This document shows, one piece after another, positions 24,409-33,477 of a stretch of 35,703 nt of DNA. Made by a program: the position numbers and the translations under genes. The DNA is taken from the IMG/VR virus record IMGVR_UViG_2547132279_000002. One strand, written 5' to 3'. The notes under the pieces were generated by a model that saw only the letters and a program-made list of their open reading frames with translations, had not been told where the DNA came from and did no database searches. Position 1 is the first letter of the stretch, and every line of letters begins with the position of its first letter. This DNA comes from a virus (Duplodnaviria > Heunggongvirae > Uroviricota > Caudoviricetes).

Positions 24409-25601
24409 ATGATAAAAATAAACAAAGACTTCAATGTTGATGTAAAAATATCCTTTTCTAAAATAGTAAGCAAAGTTAATAAACGCGTGAAGCAGAGGAA
24501 GTTACTGAACATTACTCCCGATGAAGTAGAGTTTCTAAATACAATCAACAAAAAAACTATCAGAAAATTAGTTTTTTCAAAACCCAAACGATTAAAAAAT
24601 ATAATCATCAAAATATACAACAAACACCCAATTGTGTGTGAGTACTATTCTCCTGATTATTTTTTAAGGCACTTAAATTTACAACCATTAACAAACCTAC
24701 AATTACCTTTAAAAACAAAAGAAACAAAAAAATAGTTTATAATGAACTAGCACATGCCATCAAAATAATCACATCTTTCTCTCAAACTACACAAAGCCTA
24801 ATACTTGAGGATATATTAAATACACATTTCTCACCACAAAAATTATCTAGTTTAAGAGATAAGATTCTTAATCTTATAAGTATCAAGAATGGTGGTCCTT
24901 TAAAGGAAAATACCATTAAGTTATTTCCATCATGGGTTAAAAATATTTCTGAAATATTTAAATACTCACTTATTGATAGAGAAACAGCGTATCAATTGAA
25001 CAGTTTTTTAGACATTAGCATATGCCCATATTGCAACAGTGAAGAAATTGAACAAGTAGAAGACCATACAGGTACTAGCTACAGGCCAGCATTTGATCAT
25101 TTCATACCTAAGTACAAATATCCGTTGATCTCCTTTAGTTTATTTAACTTAATTCCTAGCTGCACTAAATGCAATAGTACTTATAAAAAATCACTCGATC
25201 CGATCATGAGCCCATTTTCAAATCCTTTTCTTGAAGGTGTAAATGACACTCAGCTTTTTGATTTTAATTATGACATTGATTATATATATAGAGATGGCCA
25301 AATTGATGATGATCACATTCAAATTATACTAAAAAAACAAAAAAACAACATCGATGAAAACATGGCTAAACTTAGCATAGAGAATAGATATAATTCACGC
25401 ATTAGAAAGAAAGCAGTTAGATTAATTGCAAAGAGAGCATTTGATCTAAAAGCTTATGAAGAAAATTTCATTATAGAACCAACTCTTTTCGCTACTTTCG
25501 GTTACGAGACTAACATTGAGCCGCTAAAGCATATGCATAAAAAACTTACTCAAGATGCAATATTAGTATTCTGCAACAAACAAGTACCGTTAATTGAATA
25601 A
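24409..25601 (+). CDS. HNH endonuclease-domain protein, frame broken at a poly-A run (~24711..24731); PtuB-like
   Basis: ORF 24996..25601 carries CPYCNSEEIE...FDHFIPKYKYP...NLIPSCTKCNSTYK (HNH with two CxxC pairs) but starts at TTG; its frame is open back to 24657 with no ATG and abuts ORF 24409..24735, which ends in gaaacaaaaaaatag. Confidence 0.55.
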
Positions 25602-25946
25602 GTAAAATGAAAGGATATCGAGCTATATAATGTAGTATGTCGAAAAATCAAACAGAAAAAAATCGAATAGTTACACTGTGCTCGGTGCTGTCTTCATGCT
25701 CCGTTCCTCTCGTAGGCTAGTAAAATTCGCGTCATCACCGGGCTTGGGGGCCATCATCGAAAATCTGATTGGTGCTTTTGTGCCAAGAGATTTCCTCTTC
25801 GGTTACCAATCGGTAGTGAATCGTTCGCTAGATATTGCTGACATCGACCAGATCGCCCTGCTTTGTCAGAATGTTTACGGTCTGGTTGATGCCGCAGGAT
25901 GAACTATATTTTCTGGGGGAAAGGTTTTATGTGTCTTGAAGGTAGT

Positions 25947-26669
25947 TCAGGTTAGCTTCACTCCCGTTAATTGTTTACGTCTTCTCAGTCCGTGCTTCTC
26001 GCGAATCTCAGCCAACTTTGCCAATCCTTGTATACGGGATAGCGGCTTACCACCAATAACCGGAAGCTGTTTAACTGGCTCGGGAATCGCCTCACCACGG
26101 TTAATTCTCGCAGTCATATGGGCAAGTTCATCGGCAGCCTTGCGCCGTAATTCCGAGTCAGTCAACGCATTGGCCCGCATATTCTGGTACAGGTTGGTAA
26201 CCAACCAGTAGTGCGCGTTTGATTTCCATGGATAAGACTCTGCGTCCGGATACAGGCCACGCTTCCGGCAATACTCGTAAACCATATCAACCAGCTCGCT
26301 GACGTTTGGCAGCCCGGCGCTAACGGATGCTTCTTCCCGGCACCATGCAACAAACTGCCCGGGTGATGGCAGAAATGGTCGATTCTGCCGACGGGCTACG
26401 CGCATTCCTGCGTTAACCTGTTCCATTGTGGCGATCCCGTTTTCCCGGAAAGCCAGCACCCACTGGCGGCGGATTTCGTTCAGTTCGTTCTGGTCCCGGT
26501 TAGCCAGGCTCGCCGGGAAAGTTGCCAGTAACTGGCTGAACACACCATTGATAATCTGCGCTACCTGCTGTACCTGCGGCTTTTCGTCGTACTGTTCCGG
26601 CATGTTGTTGGCGATCCGACGCATCTGCTCACGGTCAAAGTTAATCATCTGTGCGGCGATGTTTTTCAT
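25947..26669 (-). CDS. P: replication protein P (DnaB helicase loader)
   Basis: 240-aa ORF MKNIAAQMINFDREQMRRIANNMPEQYDEKPQVQQVAQIINGVFSQLLATFPASLANRDQNE..., near-identical to remembered lambda P. Confidence 0.95.
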   Translation of the reverse strand: MKNIAAQMINFDREQMRRIANNMPEQYDEKPQVQQVAQIINGVFSQLLATFPASLANRDQNELNEIRRQWVLAFRENGIATMEQVNAGMRVARRQNRPFLPSPGQFVAWCREEASVSAGLPNVSELVDMVYEYCRKRGLYPDAESYPWKSNAHYWLVTNLYQNMRANALTDSELRRKAADELAHMTARINRGEAIPEPVKQLPVIGGKPLSRIQGLAKLAEIREKHGLRRRKQLTGVKLT

Positions 26670-27595
26670 AGATCAACCCCGTAAATCCAGTCTGTGTTTG
26701 TCAGGTCGAGTTTTGGTTTGCTGGCTGTCACGCCTGCCTGTTGCTTGTTACGGTTGATTTCGAGCTGGGTCCACTTGTCGCGGAGTTTGGCCGGACTTAG
26801 CACGTTACCGGACCAGAAGTTGTCCTGGCATGCCCAGCGGAACAGCACGCACATGTCGCGGTGGTTACGTCCGTCACGTTCACGCATCAGGCGGATATCG
26901 TTAGCCCACCCTGCAAAATTCGGTTTTCTGGCTGATGGCGCGATGGTCTTCACCATGTCAAACATCCACTCTGCGGCGGTCAGGTCTTCTGCTGTCCCCC
27001 ACTTGCTGCCGCTCTGAATCGCAGCATCCGGTTTCACCACAGGAAGGTCGTTTTCTGGCTGGTCAGAGGATTCGCCAGAATTCTCGGACGAATAAGGTTT
27101 TATATTGTCTTTTGTTAGTTTGTCTTTTGTGTTTACCTGATTCGGGTAAACGTCTTTACCTGATTTGGGTAAACTTTTTTTACCTGATTCAGGTAAATTT
27201 ACCTCTTTCAGGTAAACTTTATTTTTCTTACCTGATTCGGGTAATGTTGACCATTCACTGACCACATTATTAATGCCGGTATTCCGCCCGCTCTGAATAA
27301 GAATCCCACGCTTTACCAGAACGCTTTTTGCAGCAGAACACTTGTGCGGCAATATCCCGGTCAATTCGGAAAGTTGCTCGTTGCTCACCCAATCCAGTTT
27401 TTTATTAAAGCCATATGTTTTGCGCATGACAGCCAGGAAGACCAGAAGCTGGTGCTGTGTTAATCCGGCCAGCATCACAGCTTCCAGCAACTCATTTGCA
27501 ATGCGCGTATAACCATCATCGAGATCTGCCACGCGCGGCTCCTTTTGTGCCACATCCGGCACTGGAAAATTGAATATCTCAGCAGTGTTTGCCAT
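26666..27595 (-). CDS. O: replication initiator O
   Basis: C-terminal two thirds match lambda O (YPNQVNTKDKLTKDNIKPYSSENSGESSDQPENDL...WIYGVDL); N-terminal DNA-binding part differs from lambda; start set at ATG preceded by GGGAGG (cat at 27593..27595). Confidence 0.9.
   Translation of the reverse strand: MANTAEIFNFPVPDVAQKEPRVADLDDGYTRIANELLEAVMLAGLTQHQLLVFLAVMRKTYGFNKKLDWVSNEQLSELTGILPHKCSAAKSVLVKRGILIQSGRNTGINNVVSEWSTLPESGKKNKVYLKEVNLPESGKKSLPKSGKDVYPNQVNTKDKLTKDNIKPYSSENSGESSDQPENDLPVVKPDAAIQSGSKWGTAEDLTAAEWMFDMVKTIAPSARKPNFAGWANDIRLMRERDGRNHRDMCVLFRWACQDNFWSGNVLSPAKLRDKWTQLEINRNKQQAGVTASKPKLDLTNTDWIYGVDL
27133..27243. repeat. replication origin iterons within O (five copies of palindromic ~16-bp repeat TACCTGATTCGGGTAA, spaced ~23-24 bp) with adjacent AT-rich tract
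   Basis: Seen directly: tacctgattcgggtaa (27133), tacctgatttgggtaa (27156), tacctgattcaggtaa (27180), tacctctttcaggtaa (27199), tacctgattcgggtaa (27228); encode the repeated LPESGKK peptide in O; AT-rich run at ~27090..27130. Confidence 0.8.
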
Positions 27596-27681
27596 AATTC
27601 CTCCCGCAATGAGTGCGTTACGATTTGCGCCTGAAAGTCGGCTCTGTTCCCGCAGACCGGCTTTCGCCATTTCTGAGCCTG

Positions 27682-28221
27682 TCATATTGCCCCCAACATG
27701 GTGGTAACCATCGCCATCAATGGACCAGCCAGATCCGGGTCCACACGAAACATCGACACAATACCTTCACTAATTTCCTTCAGTTTCTGGTGGCGTGGTG
27801 CGTTGAGAATGACAGCCTGTTTTGCCTCACTGAGTTCCTTTTCCATTTCAGCCAGCCGAGTCATGAAGCTATCCTGCTCAACCAGGTAACCGCGATATTC
27901 CAGCGGTAGTACCGCCAGAATTGCCGGGGTCAGTTCACGCACGTTATTTCGGTATTTTTCAGAATCGAATTTGTTATCGAGGAAGCGGAACAGCTTCTGG
28001 CGTGCACGGCTGACATCATCAGGGAAATCGATGGTGCCGTCGCCCTGCTCCCGATACTCATTCACAATGAGTGCGGCAACGACATCCTGATTATCTACAG
28101 CCGACCAGGCGCGGACGGCATCACGGATTTTTTCGTGGTCTGGCACCTGTTTTGTTTGAGAACGATTTATCACCGCAGTCGGGCTAAATCCGCTAGTCTG
28201 TTGGTATGTAAGTGGTTGCAT
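27682..28221 (-). CDS. CII-position regulator, YdaT-like
   Basis: 179-aa ORF in the cII position (between cro-like gene and O); segment TPAILAVLPLEYRGYL resembles the Rac YdaT motif IPAILAILPRELRHRL as I remember it. Confidence 0.55.
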   Translation of the reverse strand: MQPLTYQQTSGFSPTAVINRSQTKQVPDHEKIRDAVRAWSAVDNQDVVAALIVNEYREQGDGTIDFPDDVSRARQKLFRFLDNKFDSEKYRNNVRELTPAILAVLPLEYRGYLVEQDSFMTRLAEMEKELSEAKQAVILNAPRHQKLKEISEGIVSMFRVDPDLAGPLMAMVTTMLGAI

Positions 28222-28290
28222 AATTGACTCCTTTAGTTTGAATTGACTGTTAAGTTGATTGCTTATTGTTAAAGAGCGTGAAATGGAAAT

Positions 28291-28521
28291 TTAAGCTGCG
28301 TTCTTTTCGGTGTGTGGAAACAACTTCGGAAGATCCGGGCGAATCTGGTATGCCTTCACTACTCCACCAGTAGCCGTAACAATGCTGCCGACATGTTCAG
28401 GGGATACCTTTGCTTTGTTGTGAAGCCACTTATAGACGGCCTGCTGTGAAACTTCGCAAGCAGCGCCCAGTTTCTTTTGTGAACCAACGATATTGATCGC
28501 TGTTTTGATAGCTGGGTTCAT
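28291..28521 (-). CDS. cro: Cro-like / YdaS-like HTH regulator
   Basis: 76-aa ORF divergent from cI; helix-turn-helix-like segment LGAACEVSQQAVYKWLHNK. Confidence 0.7.
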   Translation of the reverse strand: MNPAIKTAINIVGSQKKLGAACEVSQQAVYKWLHNKAKVSPEHVGSIVTATGGVVKAYQIRPDLPKLFPHTEKNAA

Positions 28522-28625
28522 AACAACCTCCGTGGTTAATTTGAATCAAGATTAAAACTATGGTTGTTTTTAGTCAACAACCATTTTCGTTTGATGGAAT
28601 AAAACCTTGGTTGTACATTTGGACT
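28522..28625. promoter_or_regulatory. immunity operator/promoter region (OR, divergent PR / PRM) between cro-like gene and cI
   Basis: Four copies of half-site ACAACC/GGTTGT in 104 bp, including the 25-bp palindrome ATGGTTGT-n9-ACAACCAT at 28560..28584; AT-rich; sits between divergent repressor genes. Confidence 0.55.
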
Positions 28626-29315
28626 ATGAAAACAACACTCTCAGAAAGACTTAAAGAAGCCAGATTAGCGCGAGGCCTTACACAAAAGGCGCTTGGGGAT
28701 TTGGTCGGGGTTAGCCAGGCTGCTATTCAGAAAATCGAAACAGGGAAAGCTAATCAAACAACTAAAATCGTGGAGATCGCGAACGCTTTGGGTGTGCGCG
28801 CAGAATGGTTATCTTCTGGCGTTGGAAATATGTCAGACAGTACAGTGCAACCAATACAATCAACTGTCAGCCATTCCAAATACTTCAAGATTGACGTTCT
28901 TGATATAGAAGTCAGTGCTGGGCCGGGAGTCATCAACCGTGAGTTTGTAGAAGTTCTACGCTCGGTTGAGTACTCGTTTGACGATGCTCGTCACATGTTC
29001 GATGGTAGGAAGGCGGAAAATATCCGCATCATTAACGTGCGTGGTGACAGCATGTCAGGAACGATCGAACCAGGTGATCTGCTGTTCGTTGATATCACGG
29101 TTAAATCTTTCGACGGTGATGGTATCTATGCGTTTCTGTACGACGACACAGCCCATGTAAAGCGCCTGCAAATGATGAAGGATAAGCTGCTGGTTATCTC
29201 TGATAACAAGAGCTACTCACCGTGGGACCCGATCGAGAAAGACGAGATGAACCGGGTGTTCATCTTCGGTAAGGTTATTGGGAGCATGCCCCAGACGTAC
29301 AGGAAACATGGATAA
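28626..29315 (+). CDS. cI: CI-type prophage repressor (HTH + LexA-like S24 peptidase domain)
   Basis: MKTTLSERLKEARLARGLTQKALGDLVGVSQAAIQKIETGK... HTH; C-terminal GDSMSGTIEPGDLLFVD...AHVKRL with Ser/Lys dyad; start set at internal ATG 28626. Confidence 0.85.
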   Translation: MKTTLSERLKEARLARGLTQKALGDLVGVSQAAIQKIETGKANQTTKIVEIANALGVRAEWLSSGVGNMSDSTVQPIQSTVSHSKYFKIDVLDIEVSAGPGVINREFVEVLRSVEYSFDDARHMFDGRKAENIRIINVRGDSMSGTIEPGDLLFVDITVKSFDGDGIYAFLYDDTAHVKRLQMMKDKLLVISDNKSYSPWDPIEKDEMNRVFIFGKVIGSMPQTYRKHG

Positions 29316-29381
29316 TCAGTACTGTGCTGATGAGTCGTTTAGGGGATAGTAAATTTAATTAGAATTAGACGAGAGCGATTT

Positions 29382-30245
29382 ATGGATTGTGACGCTTTAC
29401 AGGATATAAAAATCTCTCTTAGGTATGACGGAAAAGATGCTTTAAATCATGAAATAGATTTGAACTGCCTAGGAGAATCCCTAAAGGGTTTTTCTAAAGT
29501 TCTCTCAACAGCAGCTTCTTTCTCTGTTACACAAAAATATAGTAAATACATTAATTATCAGGAAGTTAAGGTTTACGCACGCGAAGCAAAAGCTAACTGC
29601 TTTACTCTTGAAGCAGTTCTTAACTTCGCCACTCAGAACCAGTTGTTCTCGGGGATCGCCGCAACTATACTTGGCGCAATACTACAATATATTTTTGCGA
29701 GAAATTCTAACAAGAAAGATGAAATGAAAGCTTTGCAGCAGTCACTTGAAAAGGCCATAGAGGCACTAGGAAACAAGGATGCTGGAACCATTGATAAGTT
29801 GATCTCTTTGATTGACCGAATGGCTGTAGAGCTTCGCCCCTCTGTAAGGCAGGCAGTATCACCTATTGGTAATACTTGCGATCAGATAAGTGTTGCAACA
29901 AATGTTGACGGCTGCCTTCTAAAAGTTAACGAGAGAGATAAAGCTGAAATTGATAGGCTTGATGATGATGAAGTTCTCGGTCTTCGTGAGTATCGTGCTT
30001 TTCTTACAGAATTTGATGCACAAAATATGACAGCTAAAATAATTTTAGATGGTGATGACTCAAAAAAGAGAATCACTGCTGAAATTAGCGATCCAGCTGC
30101 AGGAAAGAAGAATAACCCGTATATTAGAGCTCTTAGTGCATATATATCAACCAAAGGTGATCCATCTGCAGTATTCACTATAACCGCAAAGGCTACTGTT
30201 AAAAAAGGCCAGATAAACAGGTTATTTATTGTAGATGCGAAATGA
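29382..30245 (+). CDS. hypothetical 287-aa protein in the rex position immediately downstream of cI
   Basis: Long ORF co-oriented with cI, visibly more AT-rich than cI, with one hydrophobic segment [19 protein letters not shown]; followed by a strong terminator; no family recognised. Confidence 0.6.
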   Translation: MDCDALQDIKISLRYDGKDALNHEIDLNCLGESLKGFSKVLSTAASFSVTQKYSKYINYQEVKVYAREAKANCFTLEAVLNFATQNQLFSGIAATILGAILQYIFARNSNKKDEMKALQQSLEKAIEALGNKDAGTIDKLISLIDRMAVELRPSVRQAVSPIGNTCDQISVATNVDGCLLKVNERDKAEIDRLDDDEVLGLREYRAFLTEFDAQNMTAKIILDGDDSKKRITAEISDPAAGKKNNPYIRALSAYISTKGDPSAVFTITAKATVKKGQINRLFIVDAK

Positions 30246-30249
30246 TTTC

Positions 30250-30276
30250 CCCGGCCGTCGTGCCGGGTTTTCTTTT
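30250..30276 (+). terminator. rho-independent terminator ending the cI operon
   Basis: Stem cccggc / gccggg with 6-nt loop followed by TTTTCTTTTG, 5 nt after the stop codon. Confidence 0.7.
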
Positions 30277-30369
30277 GCCTCCCCTCATCACACAAACCGT
30301 TCAAAAAACCACCACGACCTCGCTTCAGTTATCGCTGTGCGATGCAAGTCACAAAATAAATCCATCCTA

Positions 30370-30450
30370 AATACAACCAGTTATATCTAAAACAACCAAT
30401 AAAACAACTTTTGTTGTTGACGATAAAACAACTATAGTTTTAAATAAGTT
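30370..30450 (+). promoter_or_regulatory. candidate OL/pL region (operator half-sites and leftward early promoter)
   Basis: Same ACAAC/GTTGT half-sites as OR (acaaccag, aacaaccaat, AACAACttttGTTGTT palindrome); possible -35 TTGTTG (30411) and -10 TATAGT (30433) with 16-nt spacer, oriented toward gam-bet-exo. Confidence 0.4.
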
Positions 30451-30638
30451 CATCGCAACAACACAACGATACGGCAACTACCTGATTCACCGTTGCGATG
30501 ACCGCTTAGATCCGCAGCTTGAATTTCAGCAGGCTTCGGGGAGTGCGAGGGATGAAACGGACGCGTGAACGTCGGTGTGACCAGCTGAAATCAACTCAAC
30601 ATTTCATACCTTAGTCGCTTCAACGAGGCGGCTTAGTT

Positions 30639-30929
30639 ATGACAACCGGCGGCCATCCACCGCCTGAATACGCGCAGAAGTCTTTATATGTTCAGCAGCC
30701 CAGCTTACGGGCAGGAGTTTTTATGGTTCATCAACATTACGGAACGCAGACCGTTAATCGCGGTGCGGTCATGCCAGGAATGCTGGTCAAACGCAAAGAT
30801 GGTACCTGGACTGCATCAGCTAATTTACGCGGACGACTTTATCTGCATCGCGGCATTGAGCGCACTTATACCCGTGACTTGCTCGTGGAAGTTTTTCTCG
30901 ACGGACGCGGCAACGGTCTGAATCACTAA
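30639..30929 (+). CDS. hypothetical protein in the kil/cIII position upstream of gam
   Basis: 96-aa ORF, no recognised family; co-oriented with gam-bet-exo. Confidence 0.35.
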   Translation: MTTGGHPPPEYAQKSLYVQQPSLRAGVFMVHQHYGTQTVNRGAVMPGMLVKRKDGTWTASANLRGRLYLHRGIERTYTRDLLVEVFLDGRGNGLNH

Positions 30930-31004
30930 TCCCCTTTCCTGTTTTCCGAATCAGCCTGGCATTCCGCGGGCGATTTTTTCACAGCCATTTTCAGGAGTTC
31001 AGCC

Positions 31005-31301
31005 ATGAACGCTTATTACATTCAGGATCGTCTTGAGGCTCAGAGCTGGGCGCGTCACTACCAGCAGATCGCCCGTGAAGAGAAAGAGGCAGAACTGGCA
31101 GACGACATGGAAAAAGGCCTGCCCCAGCACCTGTTTGAATCGCTATGCATCGATCATTTGCAACGCCACGGGGCCAGCAAAAAAGCCATTACCCGTGCGT
31201 TTGATGACGATGTTGAGTTTCAGGAGCGCATGGCAGAACACATCCAGTACATGGTTGAAACCATTGCTCACCACCAGGTTGATATTGATTCAGAGGTATA
31301 A
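31005..31301 (+). CDS. gam: host RecBCD inhibitor Gam
   Basis: 98-aa [63 protein letters not shown]..., matches lambda Gam (short form). Confidence 0.9.
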   Translation: MNAYYIQDRLEAQSWARHYQQIAREEKEAELADDMEKGLPQHLFESLCIDHLQRHGASKKAITRAFDDDVEFQERMAEHIQYMVETIAHHQVDIDSEV

Positions 31302-31306
31302 AACGA

Positions 31307-32092
31307 ATGAGTACTGCACTCGCAACGCTGGCTGGGAAGCTGGCTGAACGTGTCGGCATGGATTCTGTCGACCCACAGGAACTGATCACCACTCTTCGCC
31401 AGACGGCATTTAAAGGTGATGCCAGCGATGCGCAGTTCATCGCATTGTTGATCGTCGCCAACCAGTACGGCCTTAATCCGTGGACGAAAGAAATTTACGC
31501 CTTCCCCGATAAGCAGAACGGCATCGTTCCGGTGGTGGGCGTTGATGGCTGGTCCCGCATCATCAACGAAAACCAGCAGTTTGACGGCATGGACTTTGAA
31601 CAGGACAACGAATCCTGCACATGCCGGATTTACCGCAAAGACCGCAATCATCCGATCTGCGTTACCGAGTGGATGGATGAATGCCGCCGCGAACCATTCA
31701 AAACCCGCGAAGGCAGAGAAATCACGGGGCCGTGGCAGTCGCATCCCAAACGGATGTTACGGCATAAAGCCATGATTCAGTGTGCCCGTCTCGCCTTCGG
31801 ATTTGCTGGTATCTATGACAAGGATGAAGCCGAGCGCATTGTCGAAAATACCGCATACACTGCAGAACGTCAGCCGGAACGCGACATCACTCCGGTTAAC
31901 GATGAAACCATGCAGGAGATTAACACTCTGCTGATTGCCCTGGATAAAACATGGGATGACGACTTATTGCCGCTCTGTTCCCAGATATTTCGCCGCGACA
32001 TTCGCGCATCGTCAGAACTGACACAGGCCGAAGCAGTGAAAGCTCTTGGATTCCTGAAACAGAAAGCCACTGAGCAGAAGGTGGCAGCATGA
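31307..32092 (+). CDS. bet: single-strand annealing recombinase Bet
   Basis: 261-aa [69 protein letters not shown]..., matches lambda Bet. Confidence 0.95.
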   Translation: MSTALATLAGKLAERVGMDSVDPQELITTLRQTAFKGDASDAQFIALLIVANQYGLNPWTKEIYAFPDKQNGIVPVVGVDGWSRIINENQQFDGMDFEQDNESCTCRIYRKDRNHPICVTEWMDECRREPFKTREGREITGPWQSHPKRMLRHKAMIQCARLAFGFAGIYDKDEAERIVENTAYTAERQPERDITPVNDETMQEINTLLIALDKTWDDDLLPLCSQIFRRDIRASSELTQAEAVKALGFLKQKATEQKVAA

Positions 32093-32769
32093 CACCGGAC
32101 ATTATCCTGCAGCGTACCGGGATCGACGTGAGAGCTGTCGAACAGGGGGATGATGCATGGCACAAATTACGGCTCGGCGTCATCACCGCTTCAGAAGTTC
32201 ACAACGTGATAGCAAAGCCCCGATCAGGAAAGAAGTGGCCTGACATGAAAATGTCCTACTTCCACACCCTGCTGGCTGAGGTTTGCACCGGTGTGGCTCC
32301 GGAAGTTAACGCTAAAGCGCTGGCCTGGGGAAAACAGTACGAGAACGACGCCAGAACCCTGTTTGAGTTCACTTCCGGCGTAAATGTTATTGAATCCCCG
32401 ATCATCTATCGCGACGAAAGTATGCGCACCGCCTGCTCTCCCGATGGTTTATGCAGTGACGGCAATGGCCTTGAGCTGAAATGCCCGTTTACCTCCCGGG
32501 ATTTCATGAAGTTCCGGCTCGGTGGTTTCGAGGCCATAAAGTCGGCTTACATGGCCCAGGTGCAGTACAGCATGTGGGTGACGCGAAAAGATGCCTGGTA
32601 CTTTGCCAACTATGACCCGCGTATGAAGCGTGAAGGCCTGCATTATGTCGTGGTTGAGCGGGATGAAAAGTACATGGCGAGTTTTGACGAGATGGTGCCG
32701 GAGTTCATCGAAAAAATGGACGAGGCACTGGCTGAAATTGGTTTTGCATTTGGGGAGCAATGGCGATGA
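32089..32769 (+). CDS. exo: 5'-3' exonuclease Exo
   Basis: 226-aa [68 protein letters not shown]..., matches lambda Exo. Confidence 0.95.
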   Translation: MTPDIILQRTGIDVRAVEQGDDAWHKLRLGVITASEVHNVIAKPRSGKKWPDMKMSYFHTLLAEVCTGVAPEVNAKALAWGKQYENDARTLFEFTSGVNVIESPIIYRDESMRTACSPDGLCSDGNGLELKCPFTSRDFMKFRLGGFEAIKSAYMAQVQYSMWVTRKDAWYFANYDPRMKREGLHYVVVERDEKYMASFDEMVPEFIEKMDEALAEIGFAFGEQWR

Positions 32770-32927
32770 AGCATCCTCACGATAATATCCGGGTAGGCAC
32801 GATCACTTTCGTCTACTCCGTTACAAAGCGAGGCTGGGTATTTCCCGGCCTTTCTGTTATCCGAAATCCCCTGAAAGCACAGCGGCTGGCTGAGGAGATA
32901 AATAATAAACGGGGGCTGTATGACTGA
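32766..32927 (+). CDS. small hypothetical ORF overlapping exo stop and methyltransferase start
   Basis: Hand-translated 53-aa [56 protein letters not shown] with ATGA overlap to exo; coupling only, no homology recognised. Confidence 0.3.
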   Translation: MKHPHDNIRVGTITFVYSVTKRGWVFPGLSVIRNPLKAQRLAEEINNKRGLYD

Positions 32928-33477
32928 TTTCACCGGAAGCAATACTCCTGCCGAACATCGCGACAGCTGGCGCACACCACCAGAGATTTTTGCTGCGCTT
33001 AATGCAGAGTTCGTTTTTCAACTTGATGCTGCCGCCAGCGAAAAAAACCGACTATGTCGGCTTTTTATCTCACAGGAGCAGAACACATTAACCACTTCAT
33101 GGCCTGAAGCAATGGGATATGCCTCTGGTTATGTCTGGTTGAATCCACCATACAGCAATATTTCCCCTTTTGTGAAAAAGGCAGCCACTGAAAACAAATT
33201 CAGTAGTGTGGGATGTGTAATGTTATTGCCTGCTGACACATCTGTCGGATGGTTTCATGAAGCGATACAAACCGCCAGTGAGGTCAGATTCATCACGGCA
33301 GGACGACTGGCATTTATTAACCCACTCACTGAGAAACCCGTCAGTGGAAATAATAAAGGCTCGATGCTCATTATCTGGCACCCATACCCCCGTACACACT
33401 GCCACTTTACGACTGTTGATCGTGGAGAGTTGATGGCGTTCGGCTCAAGGATTCTTGCCCGTCGGGAGGCTGCATGA
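32920..33477 (+). CDS. phage DNA N6-adenine methyltransferase (Dam-like)
   Basis: 185-aa ORF with the catalytic NPPY motif (YVWLNPPYSNISPF) and N-terminal RTPPEIFAALNAEFVFQLDAAAS typical of phage Dam-family MTases. Confidence 0.75.
   Translation: MTDFTGSNTPAEHRDSWRTPPEIFAALNAEFVFQLDAAASEKNRLCRLFISQEQNTLTTSWPEAMGYASGYVWLNPPYSNISPFVKKAATENKFSSVGCVMLLPADTSVGWFHEAIQTASEVRFITAGRLAFINPLTEKPVSGNNKGSMLIIWHPYPRTHCHFTTVDRGELMAFGSRILARREAA

Noticed and set aside
23193-24623. Minus-strand ORFs inside the AT-rich island (23193..23390, 23664..23903, 24297..24623)
   Set aside because: Short, Ile/Phe/Leu/Ser-rich translations typical of antisense frames in AT-rich DNA; overlap the ATPase and HNH genes.
25678-25902. 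74-aa plus-strand ORF between the HNH gene and P
   Set aside because: No ribosome binding site or family recognised; it lies in the junction where lambda ren would be on the other strand and may be a remnant or non-coding. Left unannotated.
27133-27243. Possibility that the regularly spaced repeats are a CRISPR array
   Set aside because: Repeats are 16 bp, palindromic, imperfect, spaced only ~8 bp apart and lie inside the O coding sequence at the expected origin position; this is an iteron array.
26162-27261. ORFs antisense to P and O (26428..26757, 26694..27017, 26935..27261) and nested 26162..26353
   Set aside because: Shadow frames of the replication genes; 26935..27261 is simply the iteron region read on the other strand.
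28693-29160. ORFs 28693..28908 (+), 28754..28936 (-), 28966..29160 (+) within cI
   Set aside because: Out-of-frame or antisense overlaps of the CI repressor gene.
29882-30304. 140-aa minus-strand ORF overlapping the 3' end of the 287-aa gene
   Set aside because: Antisense to the longer, terminator-bounded ORF and would have to initiate inside the terminator; judged a shadow ORF.
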